Source of the DNA: Hypanus sabinus
Lineage: Eukaryota
NCBI RefSeq assembly: GCF_030144855.1
Contig: NC_082734.1
Span: 7,130,001 to 7,163,345 of the forward strand
Length of the DNA: 33,345 nt
Direction of reading: 5' to 3'
The first letter of the stretch is position 1; each line of letters begins with the position of its first letter. The notes under the pieces are model-generated. The model worked only from the letters and a program-made list of their open reading frames with translations, was not told where the DNA came from and made no database searches. Position numbers and translations under genes: made by a program. Below are positions 11,801 to 23,800 of the stretch, piece after piece.

Positions 11801-14800
11801 ATGGGGCAAGTGAAGTTGAGTTATTCTCTTTAGTTCAAGTGCCTGATGGTTGACGGTTAGTAACTATTCCTGAACATGGTGGTGTGAATCCTGAGGCTCC
11901 TATACCTTCTTCTCGATGGCAGCAGCAAGAAAAGAGCATGGCCTGGATGGTGGGGATCCTTGATGTTGGTTTGCTGCGACAGCATTCCTTGTAGATATGC
12001 TCAATGGTGGGGAAGGCTTTTACTGTGATGGACTGTGGATACAGCTAATTTATAGGCTTTTCCATTTAAGGGCATTGATGTTTCCATACCAGGCCATGAT
12101 TTAGTATTAGATTGTGGAAGTTTTGACATTCTTAGTTACATATTGATAGATTTTAAGTTTCTGACAATGTTAATTCTGTTTGTACTGAGGGAGACTATTA
12201 ATGAATCTGGCTCATGGGAGCAATCCTATTGATCCTATAAACACAAGAAAGTCTGCAGGTGCTGAAAATCCAAACCATAACGAACAAAATGCTGCAGGAG
12301 CTTAGCAGGTCAGGCAGCACCTGCGGAAATGAATATACAATTAACGTTTGCTTCAGGACTGAGAAGGAAGGGGGAAGAGGTGGGGGGAGTGGAAGGTGAT
12401 AGGTGAAGCCAGGTAGTTGGGAAACGTTGAGGACTAGCGAGGAATGAATCTGATAGGAGAGGAGAGTGGACCTTAGGAGAAAGGGAATGAGGAGGGACTC
12501 AGCGGTTAATACGCAGGTGAGAAGCAGGAATAGGTCAGAATGGGGAATAGAGGAAGGGGGTAGGGGGGTAGGATTTGTTTACTGGAAGGAGAGATCAAAA
12601 TTCATGCCATTTGGTTGAAGGGACAAAATATAAGGTGTTGCTCCTCCACCCTGAGAGTGGCCTCCTCTTGGCACCATCTTGTTTTCTCTATTCCATCTCT
12701 TCTTGTTTCTCTAATCCTCCATGTACTGCATGTCCTTCAACACCCCTTGGAGCCTTTTTGCCATTAAATTTAAGCTGAAGGGATAATTTATGGTAGCGAG
12801 TTAACCTACTAACATATTTTTGGGATGTGCAAGGAAACTGCAGCACCCGTGAGTAGCTGATGGGGGCCACAGGGAAAGTTCAAACTGCACAGATGGCATC
12901 TGAGATCAGATGAACATGGGTCCCTGGGGCTGTGAAAGAGATACAATAACAGTTCTGCGTTAAATTATATTTTTAATGCATAACTTAGTGCATCTGTGAT
13001 GTTCCTTTATCATTAAATATTTCTTGTACTCCCTAGGGTGGACCTACATTGGAACAGAGGTTTGAATCTTACTACAATTACTGCAATCTGTTCAACTACA
13101 TTCTCAGTAAGTATTTTAGTGAAATAGCTATTCAGTTTCTCTTCATTCTAAAGGTTCCATATCTGACCCCTTTCTCTCATTTTTTTTTCCTCCTACTCCC
13201 ACATTTTTTGTTATTCCTCTCTGCTCCTTGTGGCACATTGAGTGGGAACTTTGCCGTTTCTTTAGCATTTTGTCTTTTTTATGAGACCGAGTTTCTAGCT
13301 CGACGCTCAACCCAGCACGGATGGAAAACGTGCAAGGACCTAGCCGGATTCGAACCCGGGACCACTTGTCTCTAAGTCTGGTGCTGATGCCACTACACCA
13401 CTGGCTGGCCATCCCACTCCCTGAGATGGGGAGAAATTTGGCAAAGATTTAATAATTACATTGTCATATCTAGATGTGTTACAGTAGAAGGGATTGCCAG
13501 TCTGGACAATGTGGCAGAGTAGCTGTCCGGCATGTTGGATGCAGGGTTGATTAACAAGAGATCTGTCTTAAATTCTAAGAGTATATCTTGCAGTTGTGGC
13601 ACAAAGGGATTCCCTAAAGGTTAACTTGCAGATTTAATCTGTGGTAAGGAAGACAAATACAATGTTAATAAGATTTCATTGAGGTCACCCCTCATTCTTC
13701 TGAATTCTAGTGAGAAGAGGCCCAGAGCCAACGAACACTCCTCATATGACAAGCCTTTCAATCCCGGAATCATTTTCACGGACTTCCTTTGAACGTGCTC
13801 CAATGTCAGCACATCTTTTCTTAGATAAAGGGACCCAAAACTGCTCACAGCATTTTGTGTGTGTGTTGCTATCAAAAAGTATTTGGAGTCAATAATTCCT
13901 TCATGCACAGTCTCCTCATTCGAGGCTGCTACTTCGTATAATAACATAAACAGATCTACATTTGTTTAACTCGTTTCTAAATTTTAAAATATTTTTGTCA
14001 TCCTCTTTAGATGCCGATGGTCCTGTTCCCCTAGAACTCCCCAATCAGTGGCTATGGGACATCATTGATGAGTTCATTTACCAGGTGACTTTCCACCTTT
14101 TTCTTCATGTCAACTTGCCTGGATGTCAACCATAAGCAGCATCTCCTTTCCATTTCAGTAGGACTTGCGTGTTTGCAGAGCAGGCAGGGTGTTAATTTAC
14201 TTTTGGCTGCTCCTGTATGTGTGGCTCTGCAGTGTTTACTGTCCGTACTTGTCCTCTTGTTTTGGCTGTCACAGCTGGCTGTGAACACAAGGCTTATTTT
14301 TTGTAAAGTGTGATCTGAGTCCTGTGCCTCTAGAACCACAATTTGACTGCTGATTTAAAAAAAGTCTTAAAATCTAGAATAGTTCTGGCTTTAAACCAAG
14401 GTATATCTTGTGGATTTTCCTTCTTTGAGGAAAAAAAGAATTCTTATGAAACACTGCATTATAAAGCGGGGGGCATAATGACAGCTAGTTAAGCCTTTCA
14501 TTTAGAATATAGAACTTTACAGCACAGTACAGACCTCCGGCCCAAAATGTTGTGCCATTCTTGTAACCTACTCTAAGATTAATCTAACCCTTTCCTTCTA
14601 TGTAGCCCTCTATTTTTCTACTACCACCCCTAGCAGGGCGTTCCACGGACCAACCAATCTGTTCGTTTAAAAGGAAAACTTAATCCGATATTTCCCCCCT
14701 ACACTTTCCTTTAATTACCTTAAAATTATGGCCCCTTGGATTAGCCATTTCCATATTGTTTCTATCTATTTCATCTGGGTCTCTTGTCATCTAGTACACC

Positions 14801-17800
14801 TCTAACAAATCATCTCTCATCCTCCCTCACTCCAAAGAGAAAAGCCATAGCTCATTCAATGTATCCTCATAAGATATGCTCTCTAATCCAGGCAGCATCC
14901 TGGTAAATCTCTCCAAAGCTTCCACATCCTTCCTCAAATGGTGCGACCAGAACCGAACACAATATTTCAAGTACTCCAATATGTTTCTCTTAGTGTTTAC
15001 ATTAATGAACAGTGTTAGCTTCTAACCTCTGCGACACTGATCTGGGCTGACTGCTGACTCAAGGGTCTAAATCTGCCTTTGAACAGAGCCAAGTGGAGGT
15101 TTGTTTGCAGAGCAAACTAAATCATTTGGTTGAATGTCTAACTTTTGATGCTTCCCTCCTGCCATTTCCTGTGGAAATTTATTGCTCTGTCTATTTGATC
15201 AAGGTTGGAATGCTTCCATTTCCAACTTCTTATCTGATTCTCTGCACAGTTCCAATCTTTCAGTCAGTACCGCTGTAAAACAGCCAAGAAGTCAGACGAG
15301 GAGATTGAATTCCTGCGGTCAAATCCGAAGATCTGGAACGTTCACAGTGTCCTCAACGTCTTGCATTCCCTAGTGGATAAATCTAACATTAACCGTCAGC
15401 TAGAAGTCTACACCAGTGGAGGCAAGTATTGATGGTTCTTCGTTCTGTGAAGATGGTGCTTGTCTTCCCTTTAGTTCATTCGTTTTTTATTCATTTAGAG
15501 ATGCAGTGCGGAATAGGCCCTTCTGGCCCTTTGAGCCGAGCCATTCAGTGACCCCTGATTTAACCCTAACCTAGTCACAGGACAATTTACAATGACCATT
15601 TAACCTACTAATTGACATGAGTTTGGACTGTGGGAGGAAACCGGAGCATCTGAGGGACGCCCGTGCAAACTCTGAACAGAGTACGCCGGGATTGAACTCT
15701 GAACTCTGACACCCCAAGCGGCAATGGTGTTGCAGTAACCGCTATCCTCTATTGCTGCTTGGTCTATATATACTTTGGAAATATTTAAAATATCTTTGTT
15801 TTCTGCACAGAAACATTTATCCATAATAGTGTTTTGATGTATATATAACAAATTATAAACCTACATGTCCAACTCAAAGTTATTGTATGCACAGGTGCAA
15901 TGAAAATCTTACTTGCAACAGCATCGCAACGTAGCATCATATAGGCAGCGATCACCTAAATTAAGCATACTTGCCTTCATTGGTGAGGTTGTTGAGGTAA
16001 AGATTGTGAGGTCACATTGTGGCTGCATGATATTTAGGTTAGGCTACATTTGAAGTTTTGTCTGCAATTCTGGTTCCTGCATTTCAGGAAGGATGTGGAG
16101 GTCATGGAGACACTGCAGAAGTAGTTGTTCAGCAGCATATTGTCTAGATTAGAGACCATAAGAGATTGGAGCAGAATTAGGCCATTCAGCCCATCAAGTC
16201 TGCTCCACTATTCATAGCAGATTGATTATCCCTCAACTCCGTTCACTTGCCTTGTCCCGGTAACATTTAATGCTCTGACTAATCAAGAGCCTATCGACCT
16301 CAGCTTTAAATATATTTAAATATTAGGTAGGAAAAGATGTTGGAAACACTTGTAGTGTTTTCTCTGGATCCTTGAAGGGTAAAGAGTAACTTAACAGAAG
16401 TATATGAGATCATAAAAAAGCATAGATAAGGTAGACGCTAAGAAACTTCATCCTTCTCCCTGCAGGAGTATAGTAGCACAGCAGTTAGCCCCACACTTTA
16501 CACCACCAGCGATAGGGTTCAGTTACTACCACTGCATGTCAGGCGTTTGTACATTCACCTCGTGACCGTGTGGACTTTCTCCTAGTGTTCTGGTTTCCTC
16601 CCACAGGCTAAAGATGTGCAGGTTAAGATTATTAAGTTGTGGGCACTGGAAACGTGGCAACACCTGTGGGCTGCCGCAGCACGTCCTCAAGCTGTGTTGG
16701 TCATTGATGCGAACAACGCATTTCACTCTGTTTCGATGTACATATCACAAACAAAGTGAATCTTTATACATTTCAAGTACTAGAGGGCATTGCTTTATGG
16801 TAAGGGGGAAAGTTCAATGGAATCAGGTTTAATGTCTTTGACATACTATGTTGTGAAGCTCGTTGCTTTGCAGCAGCATTACAGTGCAAGAGATGTGTTT
16901 CTCTCTGGGCAGTAAACCAACCTTTTGTTAACATGCAAAATGCTGGATTCTCCATTCTAAGTTTTATGTTGTATTTTTCAAACTTGTGGTTAACTTTGTG
17001 CGTCTACCTAATGCATAGTACAAACAATTTCTTGTATTCATCCACTAATTATATCTGTCACACTTCAAATTCAGTGCCATCCCAGACCTTGATTTTCACT
17101 TTCCTGCAGTGTCTTTCATGATACTAGGCACATTAGAAAGCTTAGCTAATAACACTGGACAACAAACAATTTTGCTTCCCGAATACCTTCAATGTATCTT
17201 ATGAATTTTGAGCTACTGATGATGAAAATCACCATAAAATTTCCCTATCACGCACCATTTTTAAAAAATAAACCTGTTTATTATTTCAATTCATAATTCA
17301 AGTCAATTAAAATGTTGCCTACAATGTAAGCTGGTAAGTTTCCTATCTTGTCCAGGCATGCTTGGGCATGCTTAGGCAGCGCAGCTGCTGCATAGCAGGA
17401 CAGGTTTTAGTAATTACTGGGTTCAGGACTGTAAGAATACTCCTAACCTACAGGTTTTAGTTTTTACCTCTCTTAGCAAGAAGAGCAATCTTGCTTAAAT
17501 GGAAGGAGTCTACCCCTGCTACACATCTTCAATGGCTATGTGATATTATATCTTACTTAAATTTAGAAAAGATCCGCTGCTCAGTCTTAAATTCGAAACA
17601 ATCTTTTTATGATATCTGGGGAACTTTCCTAAATTACTTTTCCAGTTTATGAAGTTTAACAGTGCAATGTATATTTTTATCTTCTCTTCTTAAGCGAATG
17701 TTTTTCTTTCTAATTATCCATTATCATCCATCAGCTTTTTTCTTTGGTAGTTGGTAGGGGGTTGACTTTTTTATATAAAAAAAAATTCTTATGATGTATG

Positions 17801-20800
17801 ACTTATCTTTAAATTTTTGATTACAGAGTGGTATACCTTTATGTGTTATGCTATAACATTTTGATCAATTTTATTACAATATATGTACACAAGTTATGTT
17901 GAGATGTATCTATGTGTTGCACTCTGTAAATCTTGTTTTTTTTTTCTTCTGAATAAAAATATTGTAAAAAGAAAAGAAAGGACTGTAAGGATGGAATTGC
18001 TATTACCAGGCACAAAAATTTCTATGAAGGATTTTGATATTTGAGACAGATGCTTCCCAGAATAACTGATGCCAAGATTAAGAAAAGCATTTTTGTTGCT
18101 CCACAAATCAAACAGGTCATCTACAGAGCACCATACTACATGCAGTTGGTTGAAAGCATGCTTCAAGCATATAAAACCATGAAATGCAACATGTCGCTAA
18201 AGATTCATTTTCTGCATTCCCATTTAGACTTCTTCCCTGCAAATCCTGGTGCTGTCAGTGACGAGCACGGTGAAAGGTTTCACCAGGACATTGCAGTCAT
18301 GGAGAAACGGTATCAGGGCAACTGGAATCCATCAATGCTGGCTGATTATTGTTGGACATTTAAGCGAGAAGCCTCAGACACTGAGTACAAATGAAAATCA
18401 TCAACAAAATATTTTAACTTAGTTGAACTATTTCAAAGCATCAGCACTATTATGCAATTAAACTCATTATATCCAATAAAAGTTAATTTGTTGTTTCTCC
18501 AAATTCCTACGTGATATAACTAGTCTGAAATTGTAAGGCAACACGAGTGAATCTGCAGATGCTGGAAATAAATAAAAACACAAAATGCTGGCAGAACTCA
18601 GCAGGCCAGGCGGCATCTATGGGAGGAGGTAGTGACGACGGGGGTAAGGTTGGAATTAGAGCAAGGGGTGGTGAAGGGGTCTGAAATTATATTTCATCTT
18701 ACATCTTCAAGCAGTCTATCATAAAAAAAAAATTATGAGGAAGCAACACTTCTGAAAAAATTTGTTGTCCAGTGTTAACTAGTTGATGTTTGCTGTTGTT
18801 CCTTTGCGCACTTTATGGTGCATCGGGCGGCGACCTTGCCATTTCTTTAGCACTTTTGACTTTATTTTTAAACGAGGCCGAGTTGCTAGCTTGATGCTCA
18901 ACCCAGCACAGATGGAAAGAGTGTAAGGAGCTGGCCGGATTCAAACCCAGGACCACTCGCCTTGAAGTCTAATGCCGATGTCACTACACCACCGGCCAGC
19001 AAATTAGCTAATTAGCTCATCAAAATCCTCACGAAGGGTCTCAGCCCAAAACATTGATAGTTTATTCCTTTCCATAGATGCTGCCTGATCAGCTTCTCCA
19101 GCGTGTGTGTTGCTCTGGATTTCCAGCATTCTCAGAATCTGTTTTGATTAGCTAATAATCAGCTGCTTTTGAAATCTTTACAAACAACATTCTCCCACAA
19201 AGTAATTATAACAAGGTTGTGCTAGTTAAGACTAAATGGTATTTGCACTTACTCTGTAGTTAACATCTCCCATTGTTTGTTTACAGGAGACCCTGAGAGT
19301 GTTGCTGGGGAGTATGGTCGTCACTCCCTGTATAAGATGCTGGGTTATTTCAGCTTGGTGGGCCTCCTGCGTCTCCATTCACTGCTTGGGGATTACTATC
19401 AGGCCATTAAAGTGCTTGAGAACATTGAACTCAATAAAAAGGTATGTTTCATTTTATTGATATTGGATATTCTACTGATTGAAATAACACTTGTAAATGT
19501 CAGAATCAGGTTTAATATCACTGACATTTGTCATTAAATTTGTTTTGCAGCAGCAGTATGGTGTAATACATAAAATCTATACATTACTATATATAGTAAT
19601 AAGAAATATAAGTGCAAAGGGAAAAAAGTTGAAGTAGGATACATGGGTTTATTGTCCATTCAGAAATCCGATGGCAGAGGGAAAGAAACTATTTCCGAAA
19701 CGTTGAGTGTGTGCCTTCAGGCTCCTGTACCTGCTCCCTGATGGTAACAATAAGAAGAGCGCATATCCTGGGTGACGAGGGGGCAATCACAGTAAATACA
19801 AGAAACACAATAGAATCAATGAGGGATCACACCCAACAGGATGGACAACAACCAATGTGCAAAAGGAAAATAATAATAAATAAGTAATAAATATCAAGAA
19901 CATGAGATGAAGAGTCCTTGAAAGTGAGTCCAGACAAGTGGGAACAGTTCAGTGATGGGGCGAGTGAAGCTATCCTCTCTGGTTCAAGAGCCTGATGGTT
20001 GATGGGTAATAACTACTCCTGCCACATATGCTTGTAGTGATCACAGCAGATAAGAAGTAGAACAATCATTAATCAGTTGTCCTCGCAGCGCCCTGATCAA
20101 GGGACAATGTCACAAATCGGTAATTCACAATGTCTTGCAGATTAGTAGGGAACTAGATTGCTCAAAGCTGTTAAATGGATTCTTGCAAACAAATACGTGG
20201 TTTAGAAAATAGTGAAAGCATTGTTATAAAGATATTTGAAGTCTGGTGTTTGGTTCCATTACAGAGTATGTACTCACGAGTACCAGAATGTCAAGTCACG
20301 ACCTATTACTACGTGGGCTTTGCCTATTTGATGATGCGCCGTTACCAGGATTCGATCCGCGTGTTTGCCAATATCTTGTTGTACATCCAGAGAACCAAGA
20401 ACATGTTTCAGCGCTCAACCTACAAATACGAAATGGTAAATCATTGAAATGCTTGTGATAAAATTAGAAATATTCAACAGTTCGGACAACATCATACCTG
20501 AATCTATGACTCTACATCTCAATGTACATCAGCATCTGCAGAGTGTAATACTGTGTCATTATGATATCAATATGAAGATCATAAAGATGTTTAATCCAAA
20601 TGTTTGAAATTTTTTTTAAAAACTTAGAAATAATTGCTTCCAGATTTAGCACCTAGAACATTACAGCTCAGTACAGATCCTTCAGCCCACAATAATGTGC
20701 CAAACTTATTAACTACTTTAAGATCAATTTAACCCTTCCCTCCTATATAACCTTCCATTTTTCTATCGTCCGTTTGCCTAAGAGTTTCTTAAAAGCCACT

Positions 20801-23800
20801 AATGTATCTGCCTCTATCACCACCCCGGAAGAGTGTTCCATGCACTCACCACTCTTGGGGGAAAAAATTCTCTGGCTATCTGCTCTATCTATGCCCCATC
20901 ATCTGTACTCCTCTATCAAGGCACCCCTCATCCCCCTTTGTTCCAAAGAGAAAAGCACTGATATGGTAGCAGCCAACCAGAAAAGGCTCCTTTTATTCCC
21001 ACTCTTTGCCTCCTGTCAATCAGCCAATGCTCTATCCATGCTAGTATCTTTCGTAATACCATGGGCTCTTAACTTGTTGAGCAGCCTCATGTGTGACACC
21101 TTGTCAAAGGCCTTTTAAAAATTTAAATACACAATATTCACCAATTCTCCTTTGTCTAGCCTGCTTGTTAAACAGATTTCAGGCAAGATTTTCTCTTAGG
21201 GAAACCATGCTGACTTCAGCCTATTTTATGTGCCTCCAAGTACCCGGAAACTATGTCCTTAACAATCGACTCCCAACATCTTCCCAACCTTTTGAGGTCA
21301 GACTAACTGGCCTATAATTTCCTGTCTTTTGCCTCCCTCCCTTCTTGAAGAGTGCCAGCTGTAAGATCAGTGCTGTCTGTAAGGAGTTTGTACGTTCTCC
21401 CTGTGGGTTTCCTCTGGGTGCTCCAGTTTCCTCCCACATTCCAAAGATGGACGGTTAGAGTTAGTAAGTTATGGGCAGGCTATGTTGGCGCTGAAAACGT
21501 GGCGATGCTTGTGGGCTGCCCAGCATAATCCTCGCTGATTTGATGCAAACAATGTATTTCTCTTTATGCTTCTACGTACAGAAGATAAGTCTAATCTTTA
21601 AAATTAAAAACTCAAGTTCATTGTCATAGGTACACTGTATCTACCCAAATTACAAAATGCTGTGAAGATTAGCTTGTTTGCAGTAGCAACACGGTACATC
21701 ACACATAATGCAAACATATTCTATTATTAACTGTAGTTGTTCTCTTTTGCCATGTCTTCACATCTAATTGCAGATAAACAAGCAGAATGAACAGATGCAC
21801 AGTCTGTTGGCAATCGCTTTGACCCTATACCCAATGAGAATCGACGAGAGCATCCACACCCAGCTGCGAGAGAAGTATGGGGACAAGATGCTGCGTATGC
21901 AGAAAGGGTGGGTCTTTGTTTTTTTTCTTGTGTTGCAATAGCTAACTATACATATGTGCTTAAGACTTTTGCACAATACTATAGTGATTTTATGTATTGC
22001 ACTGTACTGCTGTCACAAAAATACAAATTTCATGACGTGAGTATTGATAACCCTGATTCTGATATGGGTCTCTGGTATGGACAAAGTGGGAAGGGGCATG
22101 GTTGGGAAAGGGGGAAAGGAGCGGGGAGGGAGCAGAAAGCACCAGAGAGACATTCTATAATCAATAAATCAATTGTTTGGAATCAAATGACTTTGCCTGG
22201 TGTCTCAGGGCTGGGTGTGTCTGCTTCACCACCACCTGTCCCACACCCCTCCTTCACCATTTCCAACATCCTTTGCTCCTGCCAGATTTACAAACTTGGT
22301 CTCCAATTCATGGCAGATACAGAACTGTGCAGAAGTCTCAGGCACCCTAGCTATATATACGCTATGTGCCTAAGACTTCTGCACAGTACTGTACATGAGT
22401 CTCAATTTGGCACCTGTAAATACAGTAGAATGTTCAGTGTTTCATAACTTAATAACAAACCATGTAAGGGGATTCTGAGCCAGTAAATAGATAGTTTTTA
22501 AGGAACAGCTTACAGAGCAGTGGGAAGTAAACCCTTGGGCATTCTCTACCCTGAAGGGTTTGGAAGGATTGTTGCCTCTCAATAGTCAGGTCAATAGGTT
22601 ACTAAAGGTATTTGAGGATTATGTGGATGAAGAATTAGTTCAAGATCTTGTTAAGTGGCGTAGCAAGCCAAAGGGGTCAAATTGTGTCCTGCTTCTTACA
22701 AATACTTTATTTTTCTATATGCTTTCCAAAACAACCCTGTGTAAATAATACATCTCTTCCCTCTATTGCAGATGATCTGAAGTTGCCATTTTTCCCCTCA
22801 GCTCTGACTGAACTGCTCTGCTTTTCGAAAGCTTTGTTTTAATATTAATCTTCCAATTTCTTCCCAAGTTCAAGTGTAATTATCATTCAGCTGTATACAA
22901 GAGTAGCCAACTGAAACAGTGTTCCTCTGAGGCCAAGATACAAAGCAATTACCAACAGCACACTGCACAGATAACACATATGGTTAAGATAATAGAAAAA
23001 GATAAAGCCACACAAAGAGGAATAAAATAATATAGGCCTTGTCCCTGAGTGGCATGACTGTAGATTGATGGGAAGTTATTCTTCCACTGAGCAAACACTG
23101 GAGGGCAGCACCAACAGGTAATGAAATCTAATATCATCTTCTTACAGAGAGATGCAGATATTTGAGGAGCTATTCAGTTTTGCCTGTCCCAAGTTCTTGT
23201 CTCCAGTGGTACCAAATTATGAGTCACTCCATGCCAACTATCACAAGGAGCCGTTCCTGCAGCAACTGAAAGTGTTTATGGACGAGGTACAGCAGCAGGC
23301 GGTACTTTCCACCATCCGGAGGTACGTGAACACAACATGCAGAAATTACCATGAATGATCCCTTTCATGTATTAACGTATTGCTGTCTTATCTCTAAGTC
23401 AAGTTTATTGTCATATGTGCAAGTAATGTGTACACAGGTACAATGAAAAGATTACAGCAGCAGCATCATAGGCACATAGCATCACATAAGCGGTATTCGC
23501 AGGAAAAACAAAACAGACGTTTATTTTATTTAGAGATGCAACATAGAATAGGCCTTTCCAGTACTTCGAGCTGTGCCACCCCAACAACACCAGCTTGACC
23601 CCAGCCTAATCACGGGGCAATTTGCAATGACCAGATAACCGAAACAAAAAGTGTTTGGATTGTGGGAGGAAACCAGAGTGAACCCAAGCATTCCACTGGG
23701 AGGACGTACAGAGTCCTTACAGTGGGATTGAACTCCAATTCCACGCCCCAAGATATAATAGCGCTATGTTATCATGGCACACTAATTAGACTATTTTTAT

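Larger units (their letters stand above)
17153..18774 (+). mobile_element. Chapaev3-like DNA transposon deletion derivative, copy 2, with nested insertions
   Basis: Perfect 14-bp TIR CACTGGACAACAAA / TTTGTTGTCCAGTG; TAA and TTA (TWA) flanks; ORF 18041..18394 with the transposase C-terminus. Confidence 0.8.

Noticed and set aside
13340-13410. tRNA gene
   Set aside because: A and B boxes are present but there is no convincing cloverleaf, and it continues into a body repeated at 18795, so it is a SINE head.
14215-14343. H/ACA snoRNA (ACACAA H-like box, ACAatt end)
   Set aside because: I could not fold two credible hairpins with pseudouridylation pockets; snoReport/cmscan would be needed.
21908-22447. 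179-aa + strand ORF after exon 11
   Set aside because: It begins at the intron GT and runs through MITE/LINE sequence, with no protein-like signal.
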